Origin: Octopus vulgaris
Taxonomy: Eukaryota
Assembly (NCBI GenBank): GCA_951406725.2
Contig: OX597818.1
Span: 85,126,001-85,190,000, forward strand
Direction: 5' to 3'
Length of the DNA stretch: 64,000 nucleotides
Both the position numbers and the translations under genes were made by a program. Shown in pieces: positions 55,102 through 64,000 of this stretch. Below the pieces are notes generated by a model. It saw only the letters and a program-made list of their open reading frames with translations, searched no databases and was not told the origin of the DNA. How positions within the stretch are numbered: the first letter of the stretch is position 1; the number at the start of each line of letters is the position of its first letter.

Positions 55102-55959
55102 TACCAGTGGCCTTTCAATAGGGATCTCAGTCTACACAGTATCATTCCAATACCTACTTTTCTATGCATGGGTCTGATGAAATTTTGTTGAAGCATTTTC
55201 TACAGTTGACACCAACCCTCCCCTATTTCCAAGCAGGAAACATTTTCACAGAAGATGGGAAGCAAATGGTTTCACTTGTATGAAGGTGTATGTGTGGGCT
55301 TCCTTCTGTTTACCATATCATTTCATAAAGCTTTTGTCAGCATAGGACTATAGTGGTAGACAGTAAGATTTCTAAGCTTTCCTATGTACACAAGTTGCAC
55401 AGATTTTAGCTTCTAGAGCAGGATCTAGCTCTGTAGAGATATTCCACTGGTGGTCAGTTGTACTGTATTCTATTGTATGAACTTTTCTTTACTAGTTTGA
55501 GGATATGGCTAGCTAGCTAGATTCTAATTGACCTATGGGGTGAGCAAAAGAAGTGTGAGAATTGTATTCCAATGTAAAAAGTTTAGAGGTTACATATCTG
55601 TAAGCTTTACACAATGTCTTTTATCACATAGTAGTTTCTGTTTAGTGAACAGTTAATAGGGTTGGTGAAATTGCAATATTTGGTGAGAGATTGTTCAGTT
55701 GATTTATTTAGTTCAGATTTCATTTGTATGTTAGTCTATAATGTATGAATACACACATATTTATAACAAGTCGTAGCAGTACATTTGAATTCATATATAT
55801 TTATAAACATGTATACATATACAACAGCCACACACACAAATGCACATATTGTTGTTGATGTCATAAGGATTTATTTATAAACTTCTAAAGAATATGAAAT
55901 AATTCTTTTCTGAATGGTGAAGCTCAAAGCAGATAAAATATTGACAATGACATCTTTTA

Positions 55960-56657
55960 TATTTTACTTGTTTCAGTCAGTAGACTGTGGCCATACTGGG
56001 ACACTGCTTTGAAGAACTTTTATTCGAATGAATAACCCCAGTACTTCTTTTTTTTAACACTGTTACTTATTCTATCAGTCTCTTTTGCTGAACCACTAAG
56101 TTAGTGGGATATAAATACACCAACACCAGTTGTCAAGGAACGGTGGGGGACAAACACAGACACATACACACACATACATGAGGGCATATGGCTTAGTGGT
56201 TAGAGTGTTGCACTGATGATTGCTAGATTGATTTGTATTCCTAGATAGGGCTGTGTATTGTGTTCTTGCACAAAACACTTCATCTCGCATTGCTCTGTGA
56301 TCACTTTGACACCTGATGCATGGCAACACTGTGCTCCTATTCAGACAACGTCAATTTGAAGAAGAGAGTGAGCTAATGTGTGGTACAAACATTTGATCAC
56401 TATAAACCAATCATTTGTGCAAGTCATTTGGCAAAAAGCTGAACACTCATACGTCGTCTTTGGTGGGAGAGTCCATCATATACACATGCATGACAGGCTT
56501 CTTTCAGTTTCCATCTACCAAATCCAATCACAAAGTTTTGATCAGCCTAATGCTACAGTAGAAGACACTTGCCCAAGGTGTCATGCAATGGGACTGAACC
56601 TGGAACTATGTGATTGGGAAAGCAAGCTTCTTACCACACAGCCATGCCTGCACCTAT
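55960..56657 (-). mobile_element. SINE A with a family E SINE nested in its microsatellite (56180-56475, + strand)
   Basis: A tail, then gagggcatatggcttagtggttagagtgttgcact..., then A head. Confidence 0.8.
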
Positions 56658-57684
56658 AATAATAATATGGAGTGCTTGTACATATTTGGTTAATAAAACC
56701 TTGAAGGCTGCTTGTAGGATGTGAACCTACATCTCCTATTGACTTGACTAGCATGCTATCAGTGGTAGACTACCTTGTCAGGTTTATAGGATATGTAGCT
56801 TTGGGTCCCAAATCCAGACTTCAACTCTTCAATCCATGCGGTTATTTAACTCGATTTTTGTATGCACACATGTATGCATGTACATATACATATGCACACA
56901 CGCACACATATTTTGCATTTTTTTCTGCTGCTGTCACAATAAAGCCTCCATGTTTTTGCTGATTTTTACGTCTTTTTCCACTTAGACTCTCTTATTTCCA
57001 CATAATGAAATTTGAGAGAAACGTATATTTCTTTTGGTGTCTATTTTATATATACATAATATATGTTTTTCTCCCTATTTTTTTATGCTTTATTTTGTTC
57101 TCTTTCTACCCCATTCCTTCCACTTCCTTTCTCTCTAGATACTTGTTATATTTTAACTTAGTTGCCTGCCTGACCTTGAAATGACAAGAAAACACCCGCC
57201 ATATTTATTTCTCTTCATTCTCTTCGGCTGTTATTCAATAGTCAGTCATTCAAGTCTTTAGGAAAAAAAAGAGAAAAAAAAGCGCAAGAAAAAATTCGCA
57301 CACATATACACACTGTTATCAGCTGAAGCAGTTTTTGCCAACCAACTAATTGAACCAGTCTCCCCTCCCTCCACTCTGAGAAAAAAAAAAGCAAAAAGAA
57401 GAAAAAAAACAGACCATGCAAACAGAAGAGATAAGAGTGAATATATATTTTAATGTCACTGATATACCTCCACTAATAATTTTTCTTTCTATATTATTAT
57501 CATTATTATTTAATATTTTGTGTATTTAGTTAGCATCAAGTTTCCTTTTGTGTAAGATTATTATTATTACTGTTATTATGATAAAATATCTTTATATTAT
57601 TCCTTGTACCTGATAATTTTTTTAGTATGATGGATTAGTTTAGCCTGTGTGTTTGGGGTTGGCATGAATATGAGAAAATTAAGC

Positions 57685-57715
<31 letters not shown>

Positions 57716-57764
57716 GCTTCCTGTTTCTTTTCACTTTTCTTACTAAGTCTTCTCTGCTTTCTAT

Positions 57765-57936
57765 TTAACCCTTTTGCATTTAAACCGGGTTTTATCCAGC
57801 TCAGATATTCTATCCTATGTTCAAACAGGCCTGATCCAGCCTCTCACACCTACCCTAAAATGTTATTCTAAAAATAGCCACATCATGGAAATCTTGAAGC
57901 TACAAGATGCTGCATGGTTAATTTGAAAAAAATGTG

Positions 57937-57940
<4 letters not shown>
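57765..57940 (+). mobile_element. piggyBac-like MITE, truncated
   Basis: ttaacccttttgcatttaaacc ... gctacaagatgctgcatggttaatttg. Confidence 0.6.
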
Positions 57941-57983
<43 letters not shown>

Positions 57984-58689
57984 TTAAATTGGATATGTAA
58001 TCTATGTAGGTGTCTTTTCAAAACATTGTTTGCTTTAAAAAGCCACATCAGATGCCATGATGTTCTAAGGTGCAGGTACAGGAGGTGGTCAAACTCTGCA
58101 TAAGGAGTAGACAACCACCATATATGATATATATATGTATGTGTATTGTGTGTATGTATGTATGTATATATAGATGTATATATATATATGTGTGTGTGTG
58201 TGTATTTGTATACATGTGTGTGTATGTATATATGTATACGTGTGTATATAAGCATATATGTGCAAAGACACAGATATACATGCATATATACACATACACA
58301 TAATTCGTGGTGGCCTTATGCCAATGTAAGAAATTATTACTGGAGATGATGAATTGGCAGAAAGAGTAGAACACAGACTAAAATGCTTTACATTTAGTTT
58401 CAGCACTCAAAAAATCTGTGACCTCGCACTAGTAATGGATGATGTGCTTAGCTATGGCCTGCTGCAACTTGAGTTCAAATCCTACTGGAGTCAGCTTTTC
58501 CTTTGATCCTTCTAGCACCAGTTCAGTATTAGATGTGATTTAAATATTTTTAAATAATTAGCATCTTCCTCTCAGTTTGTAGTAAAGATCGATGTGCCAT
58601 CTTCCTTTAGCTGGGAAAGGGTGAAAAATCTTTCTCTGCTTTGTGGTTGTGGTGGAAGTAGTTGTGTGGTAGACTTGTTCAAAAAGTTT

Positions 58690-58897
58690 ATTCCCTTAGT
58701 ATTTAAACCCACTATAATCAGCTCAGATATTCTATCTGTTCTGTGTTCAAACAGGCCTGATCTGTTCTCTCATATATACTCTACTATATCATTCAAAAAA
58801 TACACAGTTACATAAGTGAAGTTCTGAGCTACAAGATAATACATGATTAGTCAATTAAAAACGATGTGTTTAAGTAATTTGAATGGTAAAGGGTTAA
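58690..58897 (+). mobile_element. piggyBac-like MITE
   Basis: cccttagtatttaaacc ... gaatggtaaagggttaa. Confidence 0.6.
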
Positions 58898-58972
58898 CTG
58901 TTGAAATTGGCATCTTTTATTCTGGCCAAGCTCTCAATTTCTTCAAGTATATTTTCGAAAGAAAGGTAAAAG

Positions 58973-59096
58973 TAGAGAGTGAGATACTGCCATCTAGTGT
59001 GTTTATTGGAAAAAAAAGATGGATGTCAGTGGCCTAGAGAGTGAGATACTGCCATCTAGTGTGTTTATTTGAAAAAAAAGATGGATGTCAGTGGCC
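58973..59096. repeat. Near-perfect 62-bp tandem duplication, each unit containing a CTCF-like motif
   Basis: Units 58973-59034 and 59035-59096 differ at one position; ctgccatctagtg (rc CACTAGATGGCAG) at 58987-58999 and 59049-59061. Confidence 0.85.
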
Positions 59097-59404
59097 TGAT
59101 TGATGAGTTAGCATGGGCCTACTCTCAGTATCGTTTTCTAAGTAAGAGGAAAGAAACTGGTAGAGGGCACTTTTGATACCTTTCTTTTTGTGTAGGATTT
59201 CTTCTTCAAATTTTCTGAATTGTAATATCTTTTATTATACCCTTGTTGTTTCTTTTTTCACTCAACATTTTTTTTTTGTGCTCAGTATCTTGGGCTTCTC
59301 TAGCCAGTAATAGAAAGCATCAGCATCATCATCACCGATATCATTGTTCAGTAAATATTTATATAGGACACTGTAAATCAGAATGCATTAATTATCATTA
59401 TTAT

Positions 59405-59868
59405 TAAGGTAGCAAGCTAGCAGAATTGTTTGCATACTAGACAAAATGCTTTTAAGCATTACCTATTGCTCTTTACATTCTGAGTTCAAGTGCCACCAAG
59501 GTTGACTTGGCTTTTCATCTTTGCAGGGTCAATAAAATAAGTACCAGAATTATTATCATTAAATCAATATTTATATGTAGAACACGTAATTCAGAATACT
59601 TTATTGTTATTATTATTATTATTATTGTTACTATTATTATTATTATTAAGGCAGAGAGCTGGCAGAATTGTTAGCGTGTCCAGTAAAATGCTTAGCAGCA
59701 TTTTGTCCACCTTTACATTCTATGTTCAAATTCTGCTGTGATCGACTTTGCCTTTCATTTTTTCAGGATCGATCAATAGAGTAAGTACCAGTTAAGTATA
59801 GGAGTCAATATAGTTGACATTCCCACTCCTCAGAATTGTTGGCCTTGTGTCTTATAGTAGAAAGGATT
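59405..59868 (+). mobile_element. Two SINE B copies directly upstream of the recursive splice site
   Basis: Heads at ~59406 and ~59648 with similar upstream flanks. Confidence 0.8.
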
Positions 59869-59910
59869 ATTATCATCATTATTATTATTGTATTATCATG
59901 AATATTAATT

Positions 59911-59938
59911 AAATGTTTCTTTTTCTTTGCAGGTAAGT
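59911..59938 (+). other. Recursive splice site (ratchet point): 3' splice site fused to a consensus 5' splice site
   Basis: aaatgtttctttttctttgcAG|GTAAGT: AG at 59931-59932, GTAAGT at 59933-59938, long pyrimidine tract, AG-free zone upstream, possible branch point tattaat at ~59903. Confidence 0.6.
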
Positions 59939-59964
59939 ATGGAACAAGTTGAAGTTAAAAACCA
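59939..59964 (+). CDS. Possible alternative N-terminus (MEQVEVKN + 2 nt) within the 32-nt RS-exon 59933-59964
   Basis: agtATGg start, 8 codons + CA, donor CCA|GTAAGC at 59965; phase 2, the same as the 34678-34769 exon. Confidence 0.3.
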
Positions 59965-60764
59965 GTAAGCAATGAATTTCTGTTACAATATTTATTTTCT
60001 TTCATGGTGCAGTGGAGGTTTTTTTATTTTTTTTATTATGCTATTAATTTCCTTCAAATGTGTGTACATGTATGCATATATATATATAGTTTACATCCAA
60101 AATTTGACAAGTTATGTGACCATTATATTTCCACATTACTTGAAACTTACCAGTATCACATTTATAAAAGGAAAAAGTGAGTAGGTACTGTATGTATGTG
60201 TGTGTAATATTGCTATTTTACAACATTTTCGTGGATTAAGAAGTGAATGAATGGTGGTTTTACTTTACAACATATTGAATTGTATTACATTTTGATATAT
60301 TGATATCTCTGACAAGTGAATTGTATCACATTCTCATATATTGATATCTCTTGAGAGCCAACATTCCACCAGTCATATCACACCCAAAGCAACCACATAA
60401 TGTTGGAGACACCCACACAAGACACCATACACCATCAATGGTACTTTTGTGTTTACTTGACTTGCTAGAAATAACAGTCATATCTTCATCTCATGCCTTG
60501 TCAATTTTAAAGATGGAAAACCACATTGGTATTTGTAATCCTGGATACACTATGCTTATGGTGATTGAATAAAAGGTCATAGCTGGAATGCCTCTGATCA
60601 TGAATTTACTGTTTCCTGGTGGACCTTGGCTAAGCTACCAAAACTCTCAATTAAACCCACTACCACCACCATCTCTTGATAATGGTACCATTGAACACAC
60701 AGTACCATTATACAGCATAGAATTTCATCATTACCATACAAGCACTGCAATATCAGTTATCTTT

Positions 60765-61432
60765 TATTTATGTCAGTACTTGGACTGTGACCATGCTGGG
60801 GAACCATATTGAAGGTTTCTGTTGAATAAACTGCGTCCAGTACTTGTTTGTTTTGTAAGTCTGGTACTTATTCAATGGGTATCTTTTGCCAAACTGCTGA
60901 ATTATAGGGATGTAAACAAACCAACACTAGTTGTTAAGTGGAGGTGGGAAAACACACACACGCACACATATGATAGATGAGGTTCTGTAATTTCTTGCTG
61001 AAGAACCTGATCAGATGGTTTGTTTATATTCAAATGTTTGTGCTGTATGTTAGCTAACTAAGTTCATCAAATCCCCTGTTTGTACAAGTGTAGGGTGTGC
61101 CACAGGTCAGATGTTGAAGTGATAGCAATGCAACATGAAATGAAGTATTTTGATCAAGTACACAACAGTCTACTTATCCTGGGAATCAAAACCATGATCT
61201 GAAGACTGTAAGTCCAACACCCTTAACCCCTAGGCCATATACCATTTCTCTCTCTCTTTCACACACACATACACACACTGAGGATCCACAGGTTTTGTCT
61301 ACCAAATTCACTCACAAGGTATTAGTTAGCCTGGGGATATAATAGAAGGCACTTACCCAAAGGTACCGCACTGTGGTACTGAACCCAAAACCATATGGTT
61401 GCAAAGCAAGCTTCTTAGCCATGCTTGCACCT
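60765..61432 (-). mobile_element. SINE A with a nested family E SINE (60980-61245)
   Basis: Same nesting pattern as 55960-56657. Confidence 0.75.
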
Positions 61433-62659
61433 GTTGACAATATACAATCAATTACACCATGGGACACAACACTTGCAAACCACTTCTCCATGACTATAAC
61501 TATTTGGAATCTTCTACACCACGTTTTTATTTTGGACAAATACATTTTAATGACATCTATCTATCCATCACTATTCACTATTCCTGTGAGGACTGTTTGG
61601 GCTAGAGTCCTCAGGCACCTCCTCTGTAGGGTCCTATCAGAAGCAGCTATCATTGGACCGTTCTACTGGACTCCCAAGTGTGACCAACTGGGACTATGGA
61701 TATTATCCAACCATTTACTATGGATATAATTGTTCCATCCATGCTAGCATGGAAGGCAGACGTTAAACAATGATGATGATGGTAATGTTACTTTCTTCAT
61801 CTACACCTTGATCTTCTGTTGGTTGGCTCAGGTTAAAGAATACATCTTGGAAATCTTGCCTGTAACATTCTAGCCACAAGCTTGTAACACCAAAGCTATG
61901 ATCTCTCAATGCAGGAGAATTAGTAGGCTCAACTTGGACAGACTCTCTGATCCCAGAGCTGTGTACCCTGTGAAGTAACACTTAGGTAACTTCAGATATC
62001 TTTTTGAGGAATCTCCAGTTTTGCCGCTTGTACTTGCCATTGTATTCTTTAATGATGCATGCTATGTAAAATATTTTAAACCTCTCTTTCTATCATTGTT
62101 TTCTTCCACCAAGAATTTACAAGAAAAAATAATTGTGAGAAAAAGGAAAGAAATCAAAATTCTATTGAAATCCATTGTTCAGTGGTAAAGTAGGAAAAAT
62201 TTAAACAAACAAGGCTATTTGATTGAGATTCTTGTAATATCGGCTAAACCATGATTCTTCAATAAGCTAGCTAATTGCTTTTGTTGAGTTAAAGGCCTCT
62301 TTTAGCAAGAGACCCCATTATTGTGTATATGTGTGTATCGGTGTGTATGTGTATACATGACTGAAAGAATTGCTTATCAGTTCTTAGAAAGTATTATACC
62401 AATGTCTCTCTTTCTCGCCCCCTCTCTGTCTCTCTCTTCTCTTTTTCTCTCTATCTCTCTCTCCATCCCTCTCTCTCTCTCTCTCTCAATATTATTTGTC
62501 TGTTGTAATGTAAATATGTTTGTTGCCATCCGGCCATTAACAAAAGACTGTAAATAGGAAGTATAAGCTGGAAATGCTTGTCTCTTAATAACAATGTTCT
62601 TTTTCCGGTGTGGGGAGGGGGTGACGGGTGTATGGCCATTTTTTTCATTCTGACATAGC

Positions 62660-62694
<35 letters not shown>

Positions 62695-62808
62695 TGATGT
62701 TCATAAATGTTTGTGTGAGAGGATAGGAAATGATAAAGTCTCTCTTTCCTACTTATCATTCAGTTTCATCTCATTTCAGTAGCTTTCTCTCTCTTCCCCC
62801 TCTCTTTC

Positions 62809-62866
<58 letters not shown>

Positions 62867-63309
62867 TTTATTCATTCTTTCTTTTGCTCTCCTCTCATTC
62901 ATTGTTTATCTCAATTTGTTCCAAGTACTTAAGATAAAAATATTTGCTCAAGATCTTCAATCTCAACTGACCAAACACAATTTCACTGCCACTCCCCCTA
63001 TCCATCCCATCCCATGTGCCACTTCTGCATGACACCTCCTCCCCGTTTCCTTTCTCCCATTATTCTCTTCTCCCAGCCATATCTTTCTTCTTCCTTTTAA
63101 CTATACTTCTTTTGTTACATCTAATTCCCAAGTTCAAATCCTACTGGGGTTAACGTTTGTGTTTCCGGGGGTCATGTCTTTTAAAATAAAGTACTAGACA
63201 TGTTCCAACTCAATTAAATTAACAATACCCCGCCTTCTAATTTATGACCTTTGGTCTAGTTCAGAAATTTCTTTGCTGCTTTAACTGACAAACACTTGTT
63301 ATTTGCGTT

Positions 63310-63680
63310 ATTGAGCTGGCTGTCATTACAGCATCAGAAAAATTGCCATCCAGCATTTATTCTGGCACTTTACGTTCTGAGTTCAAATCCCACTAAGGTC
63401 GATCTCCCTTTCATTTTTTTGATGGGCTTCCATACAGTTTCCATCTACCAAATTCAGTCATAAGATGTTCTTTTCTACTCTAGGCACAAGGCCCGAAATT
63501 TTTTGGGGAGGGGTCCTGTCAATTACATTGACTCCAGTACACAACTGGTTCTTAATTTATCAACCCTGAAAGGATGAAAGGCAAAGTAGACCTCGGAATT
63601 TCAGCTCAGTACATAAAGACAGGCAAAATACCACTAAACATTTCACCCAGTGTACTAACACTTCTGCCAGCTTGCTGCCT
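63310..63680. mobile_element. Opposed SINE B copies inside a SINE A fragment
   Basis: Plus copy at ~63310-63420 and minus copy at ~63470-63680. Confidence 0.75.
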
Positions 63681-64000
63681 TTCAGCCATAAGTTGTTGGT
63701 TGGCCATGCCTGTATAAAAAGTTAAAAAAATTAAAATATCCATGCTGATATCAATATAGCACTCACTTTTAAATGAATTTAGTTAACTATATCCAATAAA
63801 CACAAGCAGAATACACATCCAAAGAATTTGTCATGTATGACAAGTAAATCCAAATATCGTTTAGAAGAATTTCAAGAAATTCAGAGTATCAGACAACAAA
63901 AATACTAATAGAGAAATATATATATATACATACATATGTTTATGTACATGTATATATGTTTATGTGTATATGTATGTGTGTGAAGGCACATAGCCTAGTA

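Noticed and set aside
60277-60351. ~41-bp tandem duplication (also degenerate tandem units at 16360-16800 and 38010-38400)
   Set aside because: Ordinary slippage products with no evident functional signal.
61763-61981. 72-aa minus-strand ORF in non-microsatellite sequence
   Set aside because: No recognisable homology; the plus strand weakly resembles a decayed LINE segment (HKLV...RLNLDRLSDP).

Overview
AT-rich, microsatellite- and SINE-saturated eukaryotic DNA. The repeat families resemble those of octopus (coleoid cephalopod) genomes; this is recognised from memory, not from a database search. There is no long protein-coding ORF, and almost all ORF-track entries are microsatellite or SINE artefacts. 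Mobile elements: many tRNA-derived SINE copies (a CORE-type family and a Nin-domain-type family), two inverted DD37D (maT) transposase relics, mariner-, hAT- and piggyBac-like MITEs, and an RTE LINE fragment. The window most plausibly covers the 5' part of one large + strand gene. Supporting this are a candidate promoter near 34 kb (4x36-bp E-box minisatellite), a candidate first coding exon (34678-34769) and a sharp switch to CpG depletion at ~36.4 kb, consistent with gene-body methylation. The best lead is a textbook recursive-splice (ratchet) site, polypyrimidine-CAG|GTAAGT, at 59932/59933. It is followed by a 32-nt cryptic exon with its own ATG, in the same splice phase as the upstream exon. 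All gene-structure calls rest on motifs only and need RNA evidence.
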